Shown: positions 30,703 to 41,687 of the stretch, piece after piece
Numbering within the stretch: the first letter of the stretch is position 1
Layout of the letters: each line of letters begins with the position of its first letter
Assembly: GCA_950097015.1 (NCBI GenBank)
Contig: CATNEN010000031.1
Span: 2,170,001-2,234,000 of the forward strand
Length of the DNA stretch: 64,000 nt
Origin: Macrostomum hystrix
Taxonomy: Eukaryota; Animalia; Platyhelminthes
Reading direction: 5' to 3'
Translations under genes and position numbers: made by a program
Notes under the pieces: model-generated
Told to the model about the DNA's origin: nothing
Seen by the model: only the letters and a program-made list of their open reading frames with translations
The model's database searches: none

Positions 30703-33700
30703 TCAGTATCCGGGTGGCACCCGTCTGGCCAGCTTCTCGGCGAAGCGTTTCAACTCGGCAACGCCAGCCGCCTCGAGCTGCGAGCGCCGCTCCGCGTCAG
30801 CCTCGGCGTTGGCTTCGGCCTCGGCTTCGGCCTCGGCTTCGGCCTCGGCTTCGGCCTGAGCTTCGGCCGCCTCAGCTACGGCCGCCTCGCCAGACAGTTC
30901 CACGGCGAGCTGCTCGGCCTTGTCTTGGTCCAGCGGCACAAAGAGGCCCTTCTCGCCGGCCATGCGCACAAGGAACATTGTCAGCGGATGGCGTTCAGGC
31001 GGCGTCAGGGGAGCCACGGCGTCACGAGCGTCAGCATCGTCATCCTTGTAGTCGTCGACTCGGTCATCATCAGCTTTAGCGTCCTCGGCGCCGTCCTGAC
31101 GCGGCTGCTCTTCCTGACTACGCTCTTCGACGTCTTCGTTAGCGTCGTTCTCGATGCTCACTTCGCTGTCCGATCGGCGCCGCTTGCGTTCCTCATCGAT
31201 ATCTTTGCCGTCTTCTCCGTCGCCGTTCTCGGCTTCCTTGTTCTCGGCCTCACCGTCAGCTAGTCGGATGTTGCCCTCAGCATCCTCCACGTAGCCGGCC
31301 GGCTGCTTGGCCAGCATGGCAACCAGCTGATCGTACTCCTCCGGGCTGTAGTCCATCAGGTCGCGCTTTCGGCGACGCTGACGAGCCGCCGGCATGCCCG
31401 ACTCCATGGCGCTCAGCAGGGCGCTGCGGCGCATGCGCAACACGGCCGCCTTGGCCTCCGAGGGCGCCAGAGCGACTCGCTTGCGCACGGGCAGGGCAAC
31501 GGCCGCGCCTTGGGCGAATGGCAATCAGTGTTGGCTTCGGGTTAACACTAGTATCACAGGATGTCACAGACTACCTCAGACTATTCAGGATGCCACAGAC
31601 TACCTCAGACTATTCAGGATGTTACAGACTACCTCAGACTATTCAGGATGCCACAGACTACCTCAGACTATTCAGGATGCCACAGACTACCTCAGGTTTC
31701 TCAGAAACCCATAGACAATTTCAGGGTCCTACAAAGTCGACACATAATACAACCTTATTCGCGTGTTTTATTTATTTATTTTAAAAATTGGGTTTACATT
31801 TGCCCCTAAATGCTCAACCATCTTGTTCGTCAATCTATTCAAGAATGAAATCAATGATTATAACAAGGCCGGTCATGACATTCGAAACTGGGCATGTGGC
31901 AGTCTGATCCCACCGTATTCTGTCTGATGGTTTCGTAAAAATAATTTTAATCAACGACTGTTGCGGTGTCACACAGTGTGCATGAATGAGCCAACAAATA
32001 GCAATCCTTTGTGCGCGACTGGCAACCAAGCGTGAGCATTGAATCAACAGGCCTGTTTGTTCCTATTTGACTAGTCTTCGACTTTCAAAGGAAAGGATAG
32101 AGGAAGGAGGTAGATGAGGAAGAAAGAGAGAGAGAGACTAGAGACTATGCTAGCCAGAGTACTAATGCTGCTATCGAAAAGATTAGACATGCTAGTAAGG
32201 TAATGGACATTCTAGAGAGGGATTGGACATACTCGAGAGGAACTGGACATGCTAGAAAGAAACTGGGCATGCTTGAGAGGGACTGCAGACATGCTATAGA
32301 GGGACTAGACATGCTTGAGAGGGACTAGACATGTTTGAGAGGGACTAGACATGTTTGAGAGGGACTGGACATGTTTGAGAGGGACTGGACATGTTTGAGA
32401 GGGACTGGACATGTTTGAGAGGGACTAGAAATGTTTGAGAGGGACTGGACATGCTTGAGAGGGACTAGACATGTTTGAGAGGGACTAGACATGTTTGAGA
32501 GGGACTAGACATGCTTGAGAGGGACTAGACATGCTAAAGTGGGACTAGACATGTTTGAGAGGGACTAGACATGTTTGAGAGGGACTGGACATGTTTGAGA
32601 GGGACTAGACATGCTTGAGAGGGACTAGACATGCTTGAGAGGGACTAGACATGCTTGAGAGGGACTAGATATGTTTGAGAGGGACTGGACATGCTAAAGT
32701 GGGACTAGACATGTTTGAGAGGGACTGGACATGCTAACGTGGGACTAGACATGTTTGAGAGGGACTGGACATGTTTGAGAGGGACTGGACATGTTTGAGA
32801 GGGACTAGACATGTTTGAGAGGGACTAGACATGTTTGAGAGGGACTGGACATGTTTGAGAGGGACTAGACATGCTTGAGAGGACTGGACTAGACAAAGTA
32901 CAGTTGAAGAGTAAAAAATATATAGCTATCATTTAGCTCATAACAACTATTTGATATGAAAACATTTATGAGGCCGTGTAAGACAACCTGGAGACATAGC
33001 TTGTCATACCCGTCACAATAAACGGTTTTCTGTCGCAGAAAGTTTTGTAAATGAAGTCACGTGGAATGGATGAAATATTCACAACTGCATGCAACAAAAA
33101 ACAGACGGGGCAATCTGAAACTTCAAAAGCCTCAGGTAAGCCTTTGAAGGTCCAGCAGTCCGTCTAGATAAAAGTAGGTGACCACCGAAGACGGAGATGA
33201 TGCAGGCACCTTCGGGTGACATGCTGACGAAATTTGAAGGCCTGGCAAGGGCGCACTGAGGCGCAGTGCTAATTAGTGTATAGGTGTGTATGAAATACAC
33301 TAGCGCTTATGAAAAAAATCTGACCTTCGGCCAGAACCATTGAAATCTCGACGGTCTGAAGAGCTGGCGACTTGATTCTTGTTTCAGAAGATGCGCAACA
33401 AAAATTTGACCCGTGTTTTTGAGTTTCGTGTGCTTGCGCTGCTCCGTTCGAGTGCAGCAAAAAAATTGTCATGGCGGGGCGGAAATTTACCCCCTTGGTA
33501 GCTCTACTGTTGGGCCCGGGCCTGGTGGCCCCGATCCCTGTTTCTGTGGTCAACTCCAACATCAACCGCTGGATGGAGACCCAACACCGGAGGAGGTGGT
33601 CTAGCACCCTGAACTGTCGCCAGTCTAGGGCTGCGGTGCCAACCCCCTCTAGTAACCTACGTAAAGCCTTGCTTAGGCTAAATCGCAGAGACCTGAGAGC

Positions 33701-36700
33701 AGTCACCATGGCCCTCTCGGGACATGGCTGCTTCACCAGACACCGCTACCTCCAAGGCCACGTGCCTGAGGAAACGTGTCCCTTCTGCTGCTCTGGACGT
33801 GAAAACGCCGAGCATTTCATCTACCACTGCCCGGCCTTCACCCGGGCTGGGCTAAAACATCTCGGGCCGGTGCCGACCCTAGTCGAAGCCTGCTGTGCTC
33901 GCCCGAGAGCATTCCACAGCTCGCCCACTTCCTTCGGAATACCGGCCGAGCTGATTTCTTCCCAGCCTATGGCGAGGGGGATCGCGCGGCGGAACCGACC
34001 GACGGACCACCCTGAGCGGCACCGCCTCGCTGGAGGCCGTCCGGCTGCCAGGGGTTAGCGATATGGGCGGCACCGGCTGCCTCCTCGCTGCGTCCGTCAT
34101 GGAGGCTCCCTGCCGCTAAGTCAAGTAAGTCAAGCTCTACTGTTAAACCAACACCCCCAAGATACAGAGACTGCTTTGGGTCTGCGAGTTACAAACAGCA
34201 GCATGCAATAGTTCTCATGCGGCCGTGAGATGTGAGGATGCGAACCAGAGTTTGACAGAGGCGACGGAAATCTCAAATCCCAACAGGCCGGGCTGACTTT
34301 GATCAATCAGCTCTCTAGCTGGGAATGGGAATGGGAATCGGGGTCTGAAGGGAGATGGCTGTGCCGTCACTAACAAGCAGCGATTGCCAAGTTCTTACTC
34401 CCTCTCCGGCCTCTCTCTCGCCCTCTACGCACTATTAGGTTCCACTTCCCCATCTCGAGTAACTTCTTTCCTAGAAAAATTGCTTTCACTCTCTCAGCCA
34501 GAAGAGAGTTGGCAGGGAAGTGGCGAGAGACTGTCTTCTCTTGCCGTGTTACTCTTAACAACTTTGCGCCACATCCAGGCACCTTGACCGCTTCAGTCAA
34601 GCACAGATTCCAATAGAATTCCAAATCCTCAATCTAGTCTGTTCCGTTAGAATCCCAAATCCCTTATCCCCTTTCTGGGATGTTTAGGGATAAGGGACTG
34701 ACTAAGTACTTTAAGTCCACATGCTTTAAAATCCCAGAGCAGCCCACTGACTTACCTGGCAGAGCCCGAACTTCATCCCTCATCTGGCTGAAGGTCCTCT
34801 TGACATTCTCCTGACCCAGCCGGAGGGTCAGGGACTTTCTCTCAGCCTCGGTCATGGACTCGAGCAGGTGGCGAAACATAGTCCTCAGGTCCTGGCGGGA
34901 AGAATGACGGCCCTCCAGCTGCTTGGTCTTCTGCTTCTGCTCAACGCTGTGTGCTCGCTCCTTCTCGATCTCGTGGTGCTGCTGCTGTGGCTTATTTGGC
35001 TCCGTCTTCTTGTCGTCTCTGCCGGCCGCCTCAGCAGCCGCCGCCGCCGCCGCTTTGAGCTGCTGCTCACCCGGATGCTCAGGCTGGGGCAGGCTGGACT
35101 CCAACTCATCCTCAAGACTGCCTGCTTTGGGGTCGAGGGATCATTGTGAGCGAGGGGACTATGGAAATTGGAAATGGAAGAGAGAAAAAGGTGAGCAAAG
35201 AGAATGAAGGAGGTAGACTTAGGGAGAAGTTGACAGACAGAGGGAGAAGTAGGTAGACAGAGGGAGAAGTAGGTAGACAGAGGGAGAAGTACATTGACTG
35301 AGGGAGAAGTAGGTAGACAGAGGGAGAAGTAGGTAGGCAGAGGGAGAAGTACATTGACTGAGGGAGAAGTAGGTAGGCAGAGGGAGAAGTAGGTAGGCAG
35401 AGGGAGAAGTAGGTAGGCAGAGGGAGAAGTAGGTAGGCAGAGGGAGAAGTAGGTAGGCAGAGGGAGAAGTAGGTAGGCAGAGGGAGAAGTAGGTAGGCAG
35501 AGGGAGAAGTAGGTAGGCAGAGGGAGAAGTACATTGACTGAGGGAGAAGTAGGTAGGCAGAGGGAGAAGTAGGTAGATGGCAGTTGTCTTCTACCAGCTT
35601 CTCCAATGAGAAGTAAGCAAGCTGGCCTGCAAACAGTTTCCGTTGGAAAGCCAGTTATATTAAGTTCTGCAAGACGGACAGGGGCAAAATGAATAGTTAA
35701 TTAAGTTTCCATGGCCTCACAAACGCCCTGAGCTCACTGGCGGGCCAGTTAGCAGCGGGGCTGGAGGCCGTGTCTCTTCCAAACGGCTGCATCTATTAAT
35801 ATTTCATTTGGGCTGAGGTTCGGGTACCAGACAGCACTGTCCGAGATGGCTGAAAGGCAAGCTTGGTATCGAAGGTGGGAGACCGGGAGAGAGGGAGAGA
35901 AAAATATTCAGAGAAGGGAAAGGTGGGATATGGATTGTACAGCATTTTATCGTCGGTGTCATTGTAATTTTTCAGTGTCAGTTTCAATTTCAGTGTCAGT
36001 GTGGAATCAGTCAATTTCATGTAAGTCAGTGCCATTTCATATCAGTGTCATCTCAGTCAGTGCCATTTCATATCAGTGTCACTGCAGTCAGTGCCATTTC
36101 ATATCAGTGTCACCGCAGTCAGTGCCATTTCATATCAGTGTCACCCCAGTCAGTGCCATTTCATATCAGTGTCACCGCAGTCAGTGCCACTTCATATCAG
36201 TGTCATCTCAGTCAGTGCCATTTCATATCAGTGTCATCTCAGTCAGTGCCATTTCATATCAGTGTCACTGCAGTCAGTGCCATTTCATATCAGTGTCACC
36301 GCAGTCAGTGCCATTTCATATCAGTGTCACCCCAGTCAGTGCCATTTCATATCAGTGTCACCGCAGTCAGTGCCATTTCAGTCAGTGTCATCTCAGTCAG
36401 TGCCATTTCATATCAGTGTCACCGCAGTCAGTGCCATTTCAGTCAGTGTCATCTCAGTCAGTGCCATTTCATATCAGTGTCACCGCAGTCAGTGCCATTT
36501 CATATCAGTGTCACCGCAGTCAGTGCCATTTCATATCAGTGTCACCCCAGTCAGTGCCATTTCATATCAGTGTCACCCCAGTCAGTGCCATTTCATATCA
36601 GTGTCACCGCAGTCAGTGCCATTTCAGTCAGTGTCATCTCAGTCAGTGCCATTTCATATCAGTGTCACCGCAGTCAGTGCCATTTCATATCAGTGTCATC

Positions 36701-37273
36701 TCAGTCAGTGCCATTTCATATCAGTGTCATCTCAGTCAGTGCCATTTCATATCAGTGTCATCTCAGTCAGTGCCATTTCATATCAGTGTCATCTCAGTCA
36801 GTGTCATCTCAGTCAGTGTCATCTCAGTCAGTGCCATTTCATATCAGTGTCACCGCAGTCAGTGCCACTTCATATCAGTGTCATCTCAGTCAGTGCCATT
36901 TCATATCAGTGTCACTGCAGTCAGTGCCATTTCATATCAGTGTCATCTCAGTCAGTGCCATTTCATATCAGTGTCATCTCAGTCAGTGCCATTTCATATC
37001 AGTGTCATCTCAGTCAGTGCCATTTCATATCAGTGTCATCTCAGTCAGTGCCATTTCATATCAGTGTCACCGCAGTCAGTGCCATTTCATATCAGTGTCA
37101 TCTCAGTCAGTGCCATTTCATATCAGTGTCACCGCAGTCAGTGTCACCCCAGTCATTGCCATTTTCATTGCCCAAGCTTTACTTGACTTGCCAGCTCTGC
37201 CAGCAGCCTCTGTGGCTGACTGCATCAGCAGCATGGCGGACAGCAGCACGGCGGACCAGCCGGCAAGATGCAT
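30703..37273 (-). CDS. Secreted granin/prohormone-like precursor, about 420 aa; exons 37183-37273, 34756-35121, 30703-31508
   Basis: Exon 1 encodes a signal-peptide-like [23 protein letters not shown]. All junctions are phase 1 GT-AG and join into one open frame of 1263 nt. Eight di- or polybasic sites and long acidic tracts. Confidence 0.7.
31560..31700 (+). repeat. 29-bp minisatellite (cacagactacctcagactattcaggatgc), about 4.5 units
   Basis: Tandem repeat. Confidence 0.9.
32200..32895 (+). repeat. 20-bp minisatellite (gagggactagacatgtttga)
   Basis: Tandem repeat with degenerate left end. Confidence 0.95.
33512..34134 (+). mobile_element. 5'-truncated LINE copy (about 620 bp) with 12-bp TSD agctctactgtt
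   Basis: Matches about 55344-55961. TSD at 33500-33511 and 34133-34144; same TAAGTCAAG x2 tail. Confidence 0.95.
35220..35580 (+). repeat. 20-bp minisatellite (agggagaagtaggtaggcag)
   Basis: Tandem repeat. Confidence 0.95.
36010..37155 (+). repeat. 31-bp minisatellite built from related 16- and 15-bp halves (tcagtgccatttcata + tcagtgtcaccgcag)
   Basis: Tandem repeat with occasional half-unit slips. Confidence 0.95.
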
Positions 37274-37699
37274 CTCGAGTCGCAGATCGGTGGCAAGCTT
37301 TCACAATGTTCAGTTGATTTCGCTGGCTGTAACTGCAACATAAAAAATAGTTCGATTTTAAATGGTAAATTGTAAAATGGTAAAAATAGGCTGCATAAAA
37401 TCGTCTGAGTAAATTCTGGACTAAAAAAATCTGGCATGTTATTTTCTATTGATTTAGGGGATCGCTTGGTTAGGAACTGTACTGGCTATGCAATTAGCAA
37501 CTATATAGACAGAGTCTCCTAGCCGTGGAGGGGGTTGGTGTCTAATGCATGCCGGATGCATCGACAAACCTTGGGAAAAAAGACAAAGGGGATTTTTAAC
37601 ATGATTCTCAGAATCCTAACTGAACAAAGACTAGTAGAATTATAAATATTTAAGTCACTCTAATAATGGCTATAAATTAACGCATTTCTAGAAAATCTG

Positions 37700-37830
37700 T
37701 CTAGCCTAGTGGTTAGAGCGATTGAGACGTCGGGAGTTCGAATCCGGCCAATGGGAGACAACTTGTGTCCTTAAGTAAGGCACTCAATTCTCAAGCTCTT
37801 CAGTTTACACTTTCCATGGACTCTTTTATA
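37700..37830 (+). mobile_element. SINE family A, head plus CORE-like domain
   Basis: A box tagcctagtgg, B box gagttcgaatc, then ttgtgtccttaagtaaggcactcaattc. Confidence 0.75.
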
Positions 37831-38930
37831 TTAAAAGCATTTCAAAAGAGGCAAAACTCACCCTAAAGTGCTGCTCTAATGAAATTGACCAGCAACACGT
37901 GCTCCCAGTTCTTCCCTTCAAAAGTCTGTGTAGGAAATTTCGAGCTAAATATGTGTTAAAAACGCGAAAATTGTCCAAGTAAGGGCGTGCGTGCCGCTGT
38001 CTTGAGTTCGCGTGCCGCTGCGGGTCCTGCACCCCTGACCCTGAGACCAAAATGAAGAGCCTGAGAGACCTGTCCGACCGCCGGCGGCCCATCCACACAG
38101 CCTTCGCCTCGGCCTTATCCCCCATTCTCTGTGCCCCATCCCATCCCCATCCCTCATTTCCTCTCACCCACCTCTCAGTGGTCCTTCGTGCCCAGCCTCC
38201 CATCTGTCCCTCGGATCACTCAAGGCAACTGTGCGCCATCGCCGCCTCACCGGCCCTTCTAATAATCCCCAGAGCAGAAGGGGCAGCTTATCCGCCACTG
38301 CGGCCTGGCAGGAGGGGGGAGGGTACGCGCGCAGAGGCAGGACAGACTGGCAGCCAATCGCAGGCCTTCCTGAAACTACGCACTGTCTGAGTGCATTCCG
38401 CAGGCCCTTCAGTTTGGCCTTGGGAGAGAAAATTCAACCAGCAGGGAGAGATCGGGTTGCGGGATTCTTAGTCGGGAACTGTGGGGTGGATGGAGGGAGG
38501 GGAGAGGAAAATAATGGGGAAGGGGGCGGCGGCGATGGAAGACGAGAAAAAGATGGGATATTTGGCTAACAGGGGAGACTGTCGGACGTGAGCGATGGCC
38601 ACAGCGAAAGAAGACATCTTCTCAATGCATTTTTAACCGATCTTCTCATGGCCCACCCCAGTATGGGATGGTGGGAAATTTTTCCGCATTTGCCAATCCC
38701 TAGTGCCACAGTGCAAAATGCAAAAAATATCTAGCCATATGGTAGTAACTAGGGAGCTGAACTATTAATTATCCTATATATTGATCTGAACCTGACAAAT
38801 GAGCTGACATATTAGCTCTACACCATTTTATACCTTGCTTTCAAGCATGCGTACAGCTCCCAAAGCAGCTTATTTTCTCTGGGATGCCAAAACAATCTGG
38901 GATGCTGTGAATTACTGATGTACTCTGTAA

Positions 38931-40406
38931 CTACAGTCACAGAATCTACAGTCACAGAATCTACAGTCACAGAATCTACAGTCACAGAATCTACAGTCAC
39001 AGAATCTACAGTCACAGAATCTACAGTCACAGAATCTACAGTCACAGAATCTACAGTCACAGAAACTGCAGTCACAGAATCTACAGCCACAGAATCTACA
39101 GTCACAGAATCGACAGTCACAGAATCTACAGTCACAGAATCTACAGTCACAGAATCGACAGTCACAGAATCTACAGTCACAGAAACTGCAGTCACAGAAT
39201 CTACAGTCACAGAATCTACAGTCACAGAATCGACAGTCACAGAATCGACAGTCACAGAATCTACAGTCACAGAAACTGCAGTCACAGAATCTACAGTCAC
39301 AGAATCTACAGTCACAGAATCTACAGTCACAGAATCTACAGTCACAGAATCTACAGTCTCAGAATCTACAGTCACAGAATCTACAGTCTCGGAATCTACA
39401 GTCACAGAATCTACAGTCACAGAATCTACAGTCACAGAATCTACAGTCACAGAATCTACAGTCACAGAATATACAGTCACAGAATCTACAGTCACAGAAT
39501 ATACAGTCACAGAATCTACAGTCACAGAATCTACAGTCACAGAATCTACAGTCACAGAATCTACAGTCACAGAATCTACAGTCACAGAATCGACAGTCAC
39601 AGAATCGACAGTCACAGAATCTACAGTCACAGAATCTACAGTCACAGAATCTACAGTCACAGAATCTACAGTCACAGAATCTACAGTCACAGAATCTACA
39701 GTCACAGAATCTACAGTCACAGAATCTACAGTCACAGAATCTACAGTCACAGAATCTACAGTCACAGAATCGACAGTCACAGAATCTACAGCCACAGAAT
39801 CGACAGTCACAGAATCTACAGTCACAGAATCTACAGTCACAGAATCTACAGTCACAGAATCGACAGTCACAGAATCTACAGTCACAGAATCTACAGTCAC
39901 AGAATCTACAGTCACAGAATCTACAGTCACAGAATCGACAGTCACAGAATCTACAGTCACAGAAACTGCAGTCACAGAATCTACAGTCACAGAATCTAAA
40001 GTCACAGAATCGACAGTCACAGAATCGACAGTCACAGAATCTACAGTCACAGAAACTGCAGTCACAGAATCTACAGTCACAGAATCTACAGTCACAGAAT
40101 CTACAGTCACAGAATCTACAGTTACAGAATCTACAGTCACAGAATCTACAGTCACAGAATCGACAGTCACAGAATCTACAGTCACAGAATCGACAGTCAC
40201 AGAATCTACAGTCACAGAATCTACAGTCACAGAATCTACAGTCACAGAATCGACAGTCACAGAATCTACAGTCACAGAATCTACAGTCACAGAATCTACA
40301 GTCACAGAATCTACAGTCACAGAATCGACAGTCACAGAATCTACAGTCACAGAATCTACAGTCACAGAATCTACAGTTACAGAATCTACAGTCACAGAAT
40401 CTACAG
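38931..40406 (+). repeat. 15-bp minisatellite (acagtcacagaatct), about 98 units
   Basis: Tandem repeat; gives the stop-free (STVTE)n and (VTVDS)n ORFs. Confidence 0.97.
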
Positions 40407-40457
40407 CTCAGGTAACTAAAGCCATATTAAACTACAGCCAAAAAAACTACTGACATT

Positions 40458-40795
40458 GGGGTGAGTGGCAGAGCGGTCAAACGCGTCTGCCTCTCGCACC
40501 AAAGTCCTTGAGTTCGATTCCACGGCGAGGCCACATTTTTTTGGGGCGCAGCCACGGAGAGAAGGCTTGGGGGCTTGTCGTGCAATTTACGCCCTTGAGG
40601 GCCAACCTCCAAGGCACAGTTCGAGTGTACACTGCCTGACGATGAGAAAGTCAGGGCAGATGTACACACCTGTGTGAGTGTGTGCTCAGGAGTCAGCGAA
40701 ATGGGCAGAATTGCCTCCTCGCTGGCTGCGGTCTAGTGTCACCAAATGATGTGCCATTGCCGTTGTAGCAGTAATACTTATTACTATTATTAAAT
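40458..40795 (+). mobile_element. tRNA-derived SINE family B, apparently full length
   Basis: A box TGGCAGAGCGG, B box GAGTTCGATTC, central hairpin, LINE-like 3' stem-loop and tattac-type tail; four other copies in the window. Confidence 0.85.
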
Positions 40796-41519
40796 AATAG
40801 TCACTCTCTAATCCCAAAAAGCATCCTTGTCAGCCATGTTTTCTACTCCGGGCTAGCAATCTGTAGCCAAGTCTCAGTCATTGTGGCCTAATTAAAAACA
40901 GACTCAGTGGAGAGACTGATCAATCCTAAATTCGTGTTTTGATTCCCCTAGTCAGCTCTCGGGGACAGATAATTCAAGGTAATCTGACTAATCTTCCCCT
41001 TTGCAAAAGCAGACTTCGTCTCTCAGTCTGGGAGGGCTCAGACTTTACGAGGACTAAAAATTGGATTTAATTACGGGAAGTGTGTGCGAGACTGGGACGA
41101 GAAAGAACGGACAGGGCAGCGGCAGTGTTTGGGGTGGTTTGTTTTGCACTTTTTTGCTGATGGATAAGAGTAAGCTTATTGACGTCGAGCAGCAGGTAGA
41201 ATGAGGAGCTTTAGTATAAGCTTTATAGGTAAGATGAAATTAAAACTTATCAATTTAATATTCCTAGTAATGAGGATGGCAAAAGGAGCTTTTTTTGTCA
41301 TTTCGTTTGTTAAAAGGCAAATGACAGAAGCCCTGAATTTCTCGAACCAGTCTGATTGCCTTGCCAAGGAGTCACGGAATGAACAGCTGCCCTGGACAAG
41401 TTTCAATCTGACATGCTTGAATGGCTAACTGTGAAAATTAACTAGTTTAGCATTTGGTGACAATAGACACGCAGCCAGCGAGAGGCAATGCTGCCCATTC
41501 CTCCTGAGCACACACTCGC

Positions 41520-41687
41520 ACACAGACACACACACACACACACACACACGGTTTACATCGCATTTGACTTTCTCATCGTCGGGCAGTGTACACTCTCACT
41601 GTGCCTTGGAGGTTGGTCCTTAAGTGATTAAATTTCACGACAAGCCGCCAAGCCTTCTCTCCGCGGCTGTGCCCCAAGTGAATGTGG
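41520..41687 (-). mobile_element. SINE family B, headless copy
   Basis: Reverse complement ccacattcacttggggc...gacgatgagaaagtc matches 40530-40660. Confidence 0.85.

Noticed and set aside
31040-31070. DYKDDDAD resembling a FLAG tag
   Set aside because: It is an imperfect chance match inside a natural acidic tract, with no vector sequence nearby.
40635-40655. Hammerhead-like CTGACGA...GAAA in SINE-B
   Set aside because: Only 3 nt separate the two core motifs, so there is no stem II, and the bases are used in a simple hairpin.
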